Assembly: GCA_016748015.1 (NCBI GenBank)
Contig: JAAOMT010000695.1
Coordinates: 1,085-65,084, forward strand
Length of the DNA: 64,000 nt
Direction: 5' to 3'
Origin: Geosiphon pyriformis uo1
Lineage: Eukaryota; Fungi; Glomeromycota
Shown here: positions 27,101 through 40,907 of the stretch, piece after piece
Layout of the letters: each line of letters starts with the position of its first letter
How positions within the stretch are numbered: the stretch's first letter is position 1
Translations under genes and position numbers: made by a program
The notes under the pieces: model-generated
Databases searched by the model: none
Seen by the model: the letters and a program-made list of their open reading frames with translations, nothing else
Told to the model about the DNA's origin: nothing

Positions 27101-28549
27101 TTAACTACAATCTCCCATTCTAATGTCGAAATAAGGCCCATCATGAAAAAAATCATCCGGAACGTTGATGATTGATTGTCCTCCATTACACTCCTAAAGA
27201 GAAGAATTTTTTCAAAATTTTATTGATTCAAAAGATTTTCTTTAAAAAAAAAAACCTACCATATTCTCACTATTCCATTTCTCAATCCATATTTCTCTTT
27301 GAGTCAATTTAAGTAATCGATTATTACAATCCCAATATGAATATGGATGAAAATTAACATCATCGGAACAATTGCAATTTTCTAATGGCTCAATCCAGAT
27401 TTCAAACCCAAAATGTTTCCACTTCAATAGATCACGAGGAAAGTGTGGAACATGGTCATTTCCATGGGTTATACGATGATGTGTAATTATATCATTTGCA
27501 AAGTTACTGAATTGGTTATTCCCAATTCTCGGAGCTCCAAATGTGATAATCTGTTGTCCAATGTTATTCACATCTATTTCAGGCCATAACTTCGATTGAG
27601 TAATCTCATATCTTTGAATAGCCCATCGGATACCAGCGATTGAGGCATATGCTATTATTTCAGAAATATAAAGTATTTCAGATTTTTGATTATCGAAACT
27701 GAAAAAAAAAAATCTTTAGTTTCCCAAACCTCCACCAATACCATGCCCAACGAAAAAAATTTCCCTCGTGTTGGGACTTTTTTTTAAAACTTCCCGCATC
27801 GTTTCTAAAATTCTGGGAAACATGGATTCAATAATTTCCGAGAATAGTTTATTAACACGGGCACCATGGTCAAATATTGGGAAGCCTTTCACTTCAAATA
27901 AAATTTGTTCATGGATTATATTGGGCCAGGTAATCTTTTTTATTTTCTAAGAAATAAATAAATAAATTTCTATTTAGTGAATTTAATTCTGACATTCTAT
28001 TTCAGGAAATAAAAAATAATTACTGGTCCTCCAAAGTACACAACTAAAGCCGTATAAAATTCTTGATTTTTTACAAATCCCAATTTGACTAAAGAGTAAA
28101 AATTTAAGATAAATATCAAAAAATAATTTTTGATATGAAGTTGACCTAAATCAATTGTTTTATTCTGAAAGGATCAAACCAGTTATAGATCCATTTGTTG
28201 AGTTGCAATAGGAGTCACTTGCAAGGTATGCCAACTGTTTATAAAGTGAGAATAAATATTTGTCAGTTTCTATTAAAGTTTTAGGCAACGATTGAGATCG
28301 TTTTGTGACTCGATTAAATTTGAAAGGAACTTTAATTTGATTTTTCCAATTAACTATGATTGGAAAAGTGAGATTTTCATTCTGTTTGAAGAAATTTTGA
28401 ATTTTTAGAGCTTTATGAGAAACTATCCAATCTTCAAAATTTTCATGCGACCAAAACTGAAATGCAAAGTATATAAATATTGGAAGGATAATTTTTCTTC
28501 TCGATAAAATTTTGAAAGCTTTCATGGCAAAATCTTTAAAAGAAGTCAT
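27101..28549 (-). CDS. Lipase class 3-like protein D, catalytic Ser absent (~378 aa, 5 exons)
   Basis: Exons 28549-28180, 28088-28024, 27946-27730, 27651-27260, 27193-27101 (start could instead be 28525). Motifs LASDSYC, YFGGP, FVGHGIGGAYA, TFGAPRIGN, RITHGNDHVPHFP, HFGFEIW, FHDGPYF. Contains TKR. Confidence 0.87.
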
Positions 28550-31500
28550 TATGCTCTTCAAACACCATAAATTGGGTTCCTAGTTATTATCTGCTTTAAA
28601 TTGTTTTTCGGCAATTTATCATGTTCCGAGATAAAATAGAACATTTCAAACAAATTCATCAAAACAAAAACATATTTATGTATTTATTTGTATATTATCA
28701 TGCGAACTGCCATTTTGGATCTTATTCCAAAATATTTGACAGCCAACAAGAAAATCTTTTAATTAAGAACATAACATATGCAAGACCCTTAAAAACATAA
28801 TAAAATTCAAGGGAAATCTCGCTGAATTTCAAAAAAGTATGTGTATAAAGGCCCTAAATAATGGAAAAGTAGATCTGAAGTTTAAGTAAATTAAAATCTG
28901 GAGTAAACAAATTTTGAAAAATAGCAAGGAAAAATCGAAGCCATTAAGTCAAAAAATTTGAATAGAAAATATTGTTTAAGATTTTTCACATGTATTTTTT
29001 TGATAATCTAGCCAAATTCTTTCATATAAATATTTGAATTTTTTCTTTATGAATTAGAACAGCAAAATTTTTAGCTAAAAAAAATTCAAATAACATAATT
29101 AAAATACATATATATGTTCAATTTTTATTTTGAAAATAAACTTAGCTTGTATATTTTCAAATAAATTTAATTATAACTTGATAAGTAAATAGTTTTTTTC
29201 TTTTCGAAAAATAATAGGTTCAATAAATATTAAACTTTTTAAAAATTATAATTGATTTAAAAACTTGATTAATATGTAATAATAAAAATAGGAAATAAAA
29301 ATAATATAAAATAGAATAAAAGTTTTTCTATGTAAAAAGTATAAATAAAATAATGTTCAAATAGTTAAAAAATTAACAAATATGTTTGTTTAATTTATAT
29401 TATATTATTAAATCAATTAAAATTAAACTATTCAAAACAAGTTATGTATTTGCATAAAAATAAAAAGCTTTTATAAAAATTATTATTTTTCAACTATTAA
29501 CATCTTTTATAATTTGAAAAATTAAAATTATGAACTGCAAACTTCATTTTACACTCGTAAAAATAATTTTTAACTATAATTTATCAATCAATGAATAAGC
29601 CTGTGGTTTTAAAATCCAGCTTCATCCAACATAAAAGCAAAAAAAAATTGAATTAACTTTTATCAACATTTCAATACAACTAATAGTTAATATTTTAAAG
29701 AAGAATATTTAAATATTGCTTGAAGTTGTCTTTATTTTTTTTTGTTAATTATATCATAAATAATTCATAATTATATATACTAGATTTTTAGATATGTGAT
29801 TTATTTATAACTTTTAAACTTTTTAAATAATATACATCCTAAGGAATATACATTCAGATACAGTTATAATGAATTATTTTTTTTATGCTTTTATTACGTT
29901 AAATCTTATACTGGTCATCTATAACATCTATTGTAAATTTTGGTATAATCTAAAAAATACAATAAATTTCTAATTAAAAAAATATAAATTTAACAATTTT
30001 TTTAATATTGTCAAAGAGATAGCCCAATTATTTACTATTAAAAATAACTTTTATATACTTATAATACACAAATATCTTAGTTAATACTAAATTTTTTAAT
30101 ATATTGTTACAAAATTTTATTCTTAAATCTATTTTTTACCATTTTTAAAGCTATAAACAAAATTTTCTTATAATAAAAATATGAGAAATTTTTCTTTTCC
30201 AGCCAATAAACTTTATATTTTGAAATTCTTTTCTAGGTTGCATATGATCAAAGGTATATTGCTGTTTATGTAAATATGATAAGCTATATTTTAAAGCAAA
30301 TATTCAAAAACTAATTGAAGTATTTTTTATTAATTAAGTATATTTTTTGAAACAAAATTTATGAAACTGAAAATAAGTTAATATCTTTTTTGTTTTGCAA
30401 TATTCTAAAAAAAAATCTATTATATCAAATAACTTAAAAGCTCTTAAACTGTATTTTTTGAGTTTTATTAAAAAGATGTTTATTTTTATTTTCCAATAAC
30501 AGTTTCATTTCTATTAATTCAAAGGCACCATTTTTGAAAACTGTTTGGGAACGTGACAAAAACGCTGCCCAAAACGTAAGAGATATTCTTCTTTATTATG
30601 TGACTAAGAGTGAAGGAGAGAGACGAAAAATTGTTTTATCGGATACAAATACAATTAACTACCCTTGGCAAGAATGAATAGCTTGTGGGCAAAAACGATG
30701 GTTCCCATGTTATCTATAAAGTCGTAGTCTCTATCGAAGATGTATGCTTAATTTGAATATGTGAAGCTATGCATTAAGAAACTGGAAATTTTATAAAAAC
30801 TCTAAAATAAGCAAAGACCAAGCTGGAAACCACTAAGCCAAAAAAATAAATTCTTTGTATGTAATTGGAGGCATTTAAAATTTATGAAATTGAAATTTTT
30901 GAATGTAGTTTGTATATTTAATATGAATCATATAATTAATTTATAACGGCTTATTTTATCTTTTCACTTTTATCAATATTAAAAATATTTGTATATTTTT
31001 TTTAATTTAATTAATAAATCTTTATTATGATGTTATTTTTTTATAGTTATTTTACTATATTTATTTAACTTATACTTGTATTATATTCTCTGAGAACTAA
31101 GAAACTTAAGCTTAACTTTATTTTCACCTTAAGACACTTCAATGGAGCAGGTATACATTCATTGGAGATCCAGTAATTTATATGTGTCAAATACTTTTAA
31201 AATTTAAAATAGTGGGAACTGTGATATACTGCACTTAAAGCTCTAAATCTTATGATATTTATTCTAATTTTTTTTACTTTGTAAACTTCACAACTTCTTG
31301 ATTTTTGATAGTATAAAGTGTAACAAACTTTCAGAAACATATGAAGAAAGTGAAACTTTTTTTTAAATTGTTTAATTCTTTCAATTTCATACTTATACAA
31401 TCAATAGTTTTTAACTATCTTTGAATATTTTTGATAAATTTTTACTGCCCTTTTTATCTACAAATATTTCTGACAAATTCGACCTTTCCGAAAAAATATT

Positions 31501-32007
31501 CTGTTCTGTTCGAATCTAGCAAATTAAAAAGGTCCTTTCTTTCAGCTGAAACTTACTATAACTGGCTCGTTTGAAACAGCGAAAAACATAACATGCTAAA
31601 GAGAAATCACAGTGATTGAAAAAGTTACAGGGGTAAAATTTTTGCAAATTAGCTGATATGTTCGTTTGCATTGAAATTAACCGAAATATTTTCCATTTTA
31701 TCATTTTTGCAGTGAATGTCTCTAATCTTGGAACTTTTAAAGAAATCTCACTATTCTTATTTCTTTTAAGTCAGCTTTATCTATATAACGAGTAAAAAAC
31801 ACAATACTTAAAAGCTAACATTATATTTTTAGAATTTAGTTGAATAAACTTTAATTAGCTTGCATGAATAGGTAATCTCTAAAGAGAGATTATAATATAA
31901 AATTATAATGAAAAAATTATTAAGACTCCTAAAAAACATTTGCCTCACACTCAAATCATTAATTGATATAAGGATGCTATTTCATTACATTGATTAATTA
32001 GCTCATA

Positions 32008-33483
32008 TTACATACAGTCACCCATCGTTATACCAAAATAAGGACCAAAGTGATTATCCCTGCTGGAGTCTGTAATTGTTTGTCCAGCGTTACATTCCTA
32101 AAATTATTATTTATTCATAAAATAAAAATATAAAGTTTTATTAAGCTTATAAATTTCAGAAGAAGAAATAATTTATATTATAGATAAAATTATTTCTTCA
32201 CGAACCATATTTTCCATCGCTAGATTATCACCAGGAGTCCAAAACCTTTCCCGAATAAATTGTTGTATTCTAACTAACTTTTTTTCTTGATTATCTTCTA
32301 ATTGTCCACAATCCCATATAACCTTGTCTGTGTTTTGGGAACAATTACAATCTATTTCAATCCATATTTCTCTTTCATGATGTTGCATTATTGTGCTCTC
32401 ATTTTCAATTGGAGGAAAATGTGGGAAATAATCATTGTAATGAGTTATTCTTATAACCCTTACTATTTCATTCATCATTCTAGCAAACATAATATTTCCG
32501 ACTCTTGGTTGACCCAAAGTACCAATAGAAATATCAAGTGGTAAATTTGAATCCAAAAGATTCATTATTACAAATGATAGGCCTGCTATGGCGGCATAAG
32601 CTATTTGTTTTTTAATTAAAAAGAAAAAGAGTGTCAAAATTAGTAAAATAAAAAATATGATATCCTTCCCTCTATTAAAAGAACTAACCACCACCAACAC
32701 CATGTCCACAAAAAATAACCCTCTTATATCCACTATCTTTTAGTAAAATATTAACTTTGTGGTTAAGAAATTTCATCATCAATGAAACATCATCAAACCA
32801 TTCTTGATCTACTTTTACTAATTCATTTTTCTTCATTCCTGGGACACTAAATGTTACAAGCTGGTTTTTTCTAGCTTGCCATTGTGTTTTTGTGAAATGG
32901 GGGCCTTTAAAATACGCAATGATTGTTTTGATTCCATCTGATTTTGTTACATCAGCTTTTAGATTTATAAGAATAAATAAATAAGGAAAAATTTTAAACC
33001 AGATTAATTTGGTTCAAAAATCAATTAATTGAATAATACTCAATTTCATGAAATACCAGTAATTTTATCCTGTTGCTTTATCGATTTTCCAATTTGATTA
33101 TAAGGAAAGCAATAAGGAAAATTTGAAGCCGTAGCTATCAATTGTAATTTTAAATTGTAGAGTTCGTTATTGGTAAGGCTAATTACTCGTTTCTTAGGGT
33201 ATCCTTCATTATTGTGAGCTGATTTTTTTGAAAAAAAATTAAAGCTGTTATTTTTAAATGTTTTTATTGGAAATGATAATTGAGGAATTTCTGGAATTTC
33301 ATTGTAATTTTTTGGCTTTATAGTTAAGAAATGGAGTGAAAAAGAACATGGGAATTTGAGGTCATTGAAATAGTAAAAAATTTTGGCCAGAAAAATTATT
33401 TTAAATAACAATATTAAAAAGATAGAACAAAATTTCTTTGATTTGAATAAAAAGAATTCTTGCATTTTTAACATGATCTGCAT
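32008..33483 (-). CDS. Lipase class 3-like protein E, catalytic Ser absent (~392 aa, 4 exons); closest to A
   Basis: Exons 33483-33057, 32955-32689, 32600-32206, 32097-32008. Motifs SNFPYC, FKGP, FCGHGVGGAYA, TLGQPRVGN, RITHYNDYFPHFP, HHEREIW, NHFGPYFG. Contains KKR. Confidence 0.88.
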
Positions 33484-36124
33484 ACTCCTAAAAAGACTTT
33501 GATATAGGTGAAAATTTATTGTTATTTTTCTAACAAAAGTAAATATTGACTGAAAGCTATGCCTCCTCGTTATAAACTTTAAGTTTGCAAATACTGAAAA
33601 TCCTCATTGCATGGTCACCCTCGTTAATCCGAAGTTGATTGCCGGATTAAATCTACCTCAGTTTACAACAATATTATTGTTATTACCTCCTGTCACTATT
33701 AATATTGTTGTTACATGTCTACTATAAAATTATAAGTAGGAAATTTTCATCTTAATTTTTTATTTCAAAATACCTATATATAAAAGTAAATAAACAAATT
33801 TATAATCAAGCGTCTGATAATTTTATATTACATGTTTTTTTTTTAGATAATTACAATAATAATGGTAGGATTTGACATTTAAAAAAAATATTTTTAAGTA
33901 TAAATTTTAATAATAACACATAAAATACATTTCAAATTTTGAGATTTGTTAGAGATTGTACTTTAATAAGTTATTGAATTGATTTGTTTAGGTTTTTTGA
34001 AATTAATAAAATTTTTTAATTATTCAGGTATAAATTTAATATTGTTTTTTTAAATTGATAATTTGTAATTAATTAAAATAATTAAAATTATTTTTTTATT
34101 ATAAAATTTTTAATCGTATTATTTATAAATGTAAATTATTAGGAATTTTTTATTTTAATTTTTTTTATATTATATTATGAATTTCTTGTTTTATAATAAT
34201 AAAAAATAAAGTATAATTTATATTATATTTCAATGTTAATAATTTAGTAAATTAAATTATTTATTGTTTACAATTTTAATTAAAATTATTAATAAAAAAA
34301 TATTTTTTAAAACTACAATTTATTGTTGAATTCAAAATAATTGAAAAACCATCTTTAATCATAATAACTATTAATTATATACTTGAATTAGTTAACAGTC
34401 AGCTTGCTTTTTCATGTTGAAAATGATGAAAAGATCAAAAGTTTTAATTTGTTGTCACATTAAAAATTTGGTCAGATTTATGTGTAACAAGAAGAAAATT
34501 ACAAATCACAAAAAAATGCAAGATTTCTCAATTTGATATTATATATAGACAAAATTTTGATTAAATAAAGTTTTCAAACATAAATTTTATTGTCTTTTAA
34601 ATAATTTTTTAAATCAAATATGTCGGCTTTATTTATACACCATAATGTGTATGTAATTTTAAAAATTTAAATTTATTAAAACTAAAAAATTTAAATTCAT
34701 TAAAACTATCATGATAGGTAAAGAAAATAATTTTTTTTACGTGTAAATTTTTTTGAGTTGTGATCTTAAAGTTAAACATAATTCTGTTTCATAATGTGAT
34801 TAAAATTAAAAAAATATTGTAAAGATAAATAAAATTATTCAATATAAGAGAAATAAAATATTAAATGTTATACTTAGAATACTAAAAATAATTTAAGTTG
34901 TGAGTGCAATACAATATTCAATAATAAATTATGTGAAAAAGAGTTTTTTCCTTGTTAAACATATCAACCTAAAAATAGTGTTATGGTCGAATGTAACACG
35001 CTAATGAATAACAATGGAGAACAATATTTTTAATGGTGATAAAAATAATAAAAGGATAATTCAACTTTAATGAGTCAATTGAATTAGTAAGGATTCAATG
35101 TGCAAGATAAGTCTCATAAATATCTCAGTTCCTATTCTTTCCAAAAAGGTAACAAGGGAATCTGAAGGTAGAAGGATAGTCTGTACTGTCAACAAAAGAT
35201 AACACAATGGTATAATTTTACGTCTCATGTCGGTGCTTTTAGAATTCAATATCAGGTATCAGTTGTACTTACCAGTAAATGTTTATTCAATATACTTCAC
35301 AAAAACTAACAAATCATACAAATCAAGAAAAGAAAAGGGAAAAGAAATAGTGAAAAGGAATTAAAGGAGTTTATATCGTTGTATTGATCTTTGTTTTAAA
35401 TGAATTGATCTGATTTTGAATGAATTTCTACAGCTTTGGAAAGTCTCACTTATAAACTGTTAAAAAGGGATCAATTATCAGGTCATTGATTACAAGTCAA
35501 CGACTAAGTTAATGATCAAGTCAATGATATAATTCTAAAAATAGGGTGGCTAATTAAAGACATCAGTGGCTAATACATGTGACTAAATAAATAAAATTAA
35601 AAAGTAAAAGTTTCAACCGTAACAATAGTGTGTAACGGGAAAAGTAAGATTCATATAAAATGAATATGATAGACTTCATTTTCATTATTTCAATTTCCAG
35701 CTTTGTAAATAATTTACATTAAAAATGAACTTTTTCAGTTAAAAAACGTAGCAAGTTAAAGCTATTATGAGGGGGGTAACGTTCCTTAGTAAACTCACTA
35801 AGCTAGTGATCTTTCACTGTACAATAAAATGCTCAAAAGTCGGGATAATTGAGCGCAAAGGCAGTAATGGTTGTATCAAAGAGATTACGCTACATGTATC
35901 AAGAAAAGTAGGAAAATATTTTTACATAAATTCTTGGTCTCTGTAAATGATTTCTATTAATTTAGATACAGAGAGAGAGTAGAAATTTTATATCGCACAA
36001 TTGACAAATAAACATTTTAAAGCATTTAGATATATGAAAAACTTACTAATTACTACGCGAATGCCCATAAAAATTCAAAAGCAGAAATCTGTTTGAATGA
36101 GCCAAAGTTCATCTTAGAAAACCC

Positions 36125-36630
36125 TTATTTTCTGATGAAACGGCATTGCAACTATTTCCAAACACGATTGAGCACTAATAAAATGGGAAAAAATTAGTTT
36201 GTCCAAGCTTTTTGGTCGAGCGGCCTTGTGTGAAGGGGAAAAACGAGCTTATTTTGTTTTCAGCGTATCATGGATCCTAAGTTTTATGCTGAAATTTTGC
36301 GACAGTATGTTGAGGAAATTAATCATATACTTAGGAAGAAGTAGCACTTTCAACAAGATAATTATTTCAAGTATACAATTCGAGTAACTAAGGCGTTTCT
36401 TGTGGAAAATGTACCCAAACTTATTGACTGACCGTCGTCTAAATCCTATTTAAAAATCTGTTAAACGTGAAGTAGAAAAAAGAATATCGCAAAATGTGAA
36501 TAATTTGGAATGATTTATGGTTGAATAATCGAATTCATTACCAAAAAACCATGTTAAAACAATTTGGTCAATTCAATGCCGCGACGTTGCGAGTTGATTA
36601 TCGAGAGTAAAGGCGTATCAATTTATAAAG
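36125..36630 (+). mobile_element. Tc1/mariner transposase remnant
   Basis: Broken frames give FSDETALQL (first Asp), FQQDNYFKY (second Asp), ..LNPI.. and the C-terminal SMPRRCELIIESKG typical of Tc1 transposases. Confidence 0.8.
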
Positions 36631-37297
36631 TTGGATTTTACAAGGATTTGATTTGCAAAATCTAGCAAGAGAAATAAAATTTGGCCTAATTTTTATAGGA
36701 ATTAAGTAATATTTCTTTGGAAAACTTTCATTTTACTTATTTTCAATTGAATTTAAGCTAGAATGGAACCTTTTCCTATCACTATACACAATAATTGAGA
36801 GATAAATTTCAAAAACTTCAAGCAGAAGCAAATAATATCAAAGTGTAAAAACTCAGACTCTATTTTCTACTTCACAAACATGAAACACTATATTTTGTTA
36901 GAAAGGAAATTTTCGCTTTACTAGCGGGATCACTTTTTCTTGTCATTGAATTGAAAGTTATTTGTTTTCCATAAAAAAGTACTCGATTGAATTAGTTTTA
37001 CTGATTAGCACAAATGATCGTTTAATTGAATTTTTTGTTCAATGACTTGGATTGCTGACGAGAATACAAATGTCATTTTCTAAATGAATAGCTTCGTAAG
37101 AATAAGTCATCAAAAAAATTCATGACTCTGTCTCTTAGTATGACATTGTCCTAAATATAGACCATACAGGCGACTCGTGAAATCTTCAAAATCTAATATA
37201 TACGGTGGATCCCCACACTTCTCTGGAAATTTACTTTTAATTCAAACTTTCAAAACTTTATTGATATTATTGGTATTCCTATTTTTTAATCAACAAA

Positions 37298-40200
37298 ATG
37301 TCTAAGCGGCATGAACCAGAAAAATCCTCCCCGATTCGTAAGGAAGGCATCAAGAAACAAAAAAACAAAGATCTTGAACTCTATTTCGAAATCAAGGTGT
37401 CGAAAAGACCAGGAGTGGGGACATTGGGAAGAACAGTAGCACTCAAGGCGAATTATATACGCATCGTTCAAGTAATTATTTCCGTGGATTATAAATTCTT
37501 TAAATCGGAAGGTCATGATTTCAACTGTAAAAAAAAATTTAATACAGATTTCACACTATTCGCCTCTCAGCTACTAGATCGCTTGATCTATCATTATAAT
37601 TTTCTCGTAGAACCTCCAGTTAAAACTCCTGTCGCCCTTACGATTTTTTCCAAAATTGGAACTGATGGAACTTTTAGTGATGTCTGCCCCGTGTTTGATG
37701 GGAACAGCTCTATCTATTCTTTTCGACCTTTGCCTATTGGCAATAAGGAAATTGGAGAAAAGATTTCGGTTAATTTTTGAATTTTTCGTTTCGTTTTTGC
37801 CTCGCAACCTGTAAATTTTAAATCCTGCGATTATAATAGGTCAGACTTGGCAAGATAAAAACTTTTCATGTTACCATCCGAAAAATTGAAGAGTTGGAAC
37901 TTAGACCTGTATTTGACTACATTTCCGGGAAAACTCCCCTCAATAGCCAAATTGCTAATTGCAGGGCCATATTAAACACTATTTTTAATTATAAACCCCG
38001 AAGCACATTTGCTACATTAAAGAAAGGTATATTTCCCGAAGTTAATAACCAAAAACCAATTCTTTTGTCCGGAGGTATTCAGCTAAAACTTGGATTATTT
38101 CAAGCTTTGCATTTAGGCTGGGGTAAGTAAAAGCATAATTATTTTAAAAATGACTATTTTAATTAAATCAAATCTACAAATTTTAATTTTCTAGATCATA
38201 TGTATCTTAATGTGGACGTTTGCGCAGCTACTTTTTATCCGAGTATGTGGCTCATCGACGTTATAGGCCGCTACTTGGAAAAAAATCACCGAGACGATTT
38301 GCGACGTGGTATAAATATCCAGGAAAAAAGAAAAATCGAAAAGGTGGATGGAATTAACAACAATTTAACATCTTCGCTTCAATAATTTCAATTAATTTCA
38401 TGTTTATAATTTTGATGGGATATGGAAGTACTTCCATGGAGTTCAAATAAGAGTAATCCATCGTGGAGAGCAAAAACGTAAATACAAGATTGAAAGGTTT
38501 TCACAAATGGCGACGGATGAACAGACATTCCTAAAAAATGGGAAGCATATCACAATTCTTGAATACTTCTCTCAAACCTATGGAAAGCGATTAGAATATA
38601 AGGCTTTACCTTGCATTGTCGTCAAAAAGAATGTACTTTTGCCGTTGGAGGTATGCGAGATAACTCCAGGTATTTAGGCAATTTTGAATATATATGTGAG
38701 CTTCTTATAATTATTTCAAGTATTGAAAGATTATGAAATTCGACATCTCAAATGAAGGGCAATCATTTAAAAAAGAGTTAAGTGATAAAGTCAAAGCTGA
38801 GATAGTTAAAACAACCGCAATGAAACCCCAAGAAAGGTTCCGTTTTATCGAAAATGGCATTCAAAACTATTTCAAGTATCAAGAGGATGAAAATCTTCAA
38901 CAGCTTGGCGTCCGAGTTGAGAACCAACTTGTTACTGTAAATGGTGGATAAGAAGAATTTTCTTTTTTTCTTTTCATTATTTATTTCTTTGAAAGTTTAT
39001 ATCATCTAAATATGTTATATCAGGGCGAGTTCTCGACACCCCAACTGTTACTTTTCATCCAAAATCACAAGCTAGAGAGGAAGCTCCCCGCAGTGCAAGA
39101 TGGACCCTTAATAACAAAATTTTTGTAAAGGTAAATCAATTTCAACTGTTTCCTCCATATTAGGATGGCTTCTAACTGCCAAAATTCATTAAGGGACGCC
39201 AATTAGTAAACTGGGGAATTCTTGTCGTATGTGGTCAACAGGATGCTCCACAACAAAATGTACAAAGGTTCATTCGTGAAATCAAAGATGTCTTGAGGGA
39301 AAAAGGGATCGTAAGTATTTCAGTAGTAAGCAAACAAATTTAAAGGTTTTTTATATATTAATTCCTTAAAATGTCTTATAGATGGTTGCAGAGAATCAAA
39401 ATCCTTACCTTCAATATAATGATCCAATTCATAAGAATTTAGAAGAGGTATTATTCATTATACCAATCCAAAATTATCAAAATGTTTACTTCAAATTATT
39501 ATTATATCCCTTCAGGCGTTCAGTCAAACAATTGAAAGATGTCATGTTAACAAAAATGGTCCACCCCAATTGATCATCTGCATAATTGCGAAGAAATCCA
39601 ATGAGCTTTATGGTCGTATAAAGATGTTATCAGACCACAAATTTGGCATACCAAGCCAAGTCATTATTGCTGATAAACTGCGAAGGGCGAATAATCGACC
39701 ATGCTGGCAGAACATTGCTTTGAAAATTAATGCAAAACTTGGCGGGCATAATTGTTTTTTGAAGCAAGATCAATTAAGATATTTATTAGAGATGCCTGTA
39801 AGTAACTTTCAATTCAGAAATTAACGGCAACTATTGCTGATGATATATAATATTGATTATGATTTTGATATGAAAGACCATGATCATGGGAGCAGATATT
39901 TCCCATCCTGGCCCAGGGACTAACCAGAAAAGCGTTGCCGCCTTATGTGCCTCAATGGAACCATCTGGCACCACCTATTACGGCCGTTGCAGTATAAACC
40001 AAATTCTACGCAATGAAACAATAGAGAGCTTAGAGGATATGGCCTTTGAATTATTGAAAATTTTCTGGGAGAAGAACAAGCTTCTTCCTTTGCGCATTCT
40101 TTTCTATCGCGATGGTGTTTCGGACTCGCAATTTCGTGCAGTCCTAAATAAAGAAGTAATAGCCTTGAAAAAAGCTTTTTCGAGGATATGCGGTAACAAT

Positions 40201-40907
40201 TCAAAAATACCAACACTCACTTATATAATAGCACAAAAAAGGCATCACACTAGGTAATTAAAACTAGTATTACAACCCAATCATTTACTTTGTTGATTTG
40301 TTCTTACTTGACTCAATTTTCAGATTTTTCCCAACAAATCTTCGGGAAGGTGACAGAAACGGAAACTGCCAACCGGGCACAGTAGTAGACACAATGATTG
40401 TATTGAAAGGAGAATTTGATTTTTGTATGTTTTTCATAAAGTGATATGATTCTGCGTAATAATCAAATAAATCTTTGTTACTGACTCAATTTTATTAGAT
40501 CTTCAAAGCCATTCTGGTATTCATGGCACTACTCGTCCAACACACTATTATGTGTTGTTCGATGAGAATGATCAAAAGCCTGATGCTTTCCAAACCTTAA
40601 CATACCATTTGTGCTTTTTATATGCACGGTAAGTATAACATTTTGACTACTTTTTTGAAAATGAACTATTGCACGTATTCCAATCTAAATATCAATGTTA
40701 TCTACCTTATTAAGGTGTTCCTCGGCCATTTCAATTGTACCACCTATTGCCTACGCCCACTTGATCGCCCAAAGAGCTCGACTTTATCCAATGAATGAAG
40801 ATGACCACAATTTTGGCAATGAAAATCATTCTGAAACGAATTCTCTCTCAACAGTTAGCCTTCCAACACTTCATGAGCAACTTTCAAAGGCAATGTATTT
40901 TGTTTAA
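37298..40907 (+). CDS. AGO: Argonaute (N-L1-PAZ-L2-MID-PIWI), ~867 aa, 14 exons
   Basis: Exons 37298-37471, 37571-37768, 37840-38122, 38195-38343, 38429-38669, 38758-38943, 39024-39130, 39194-39310, 39382-39447, 39516-39797, 39877-40253, 40324-40424, 40499-40628, 40715-40907 total 2604 nt, open. Motifs KRPGVGTLG, LPLEVCEI, LKINAKLGG, GADISHP, FYRDGVS, KRHHTRF, GTTRPTHY, PPIAYAH. Confidence 0.95.
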
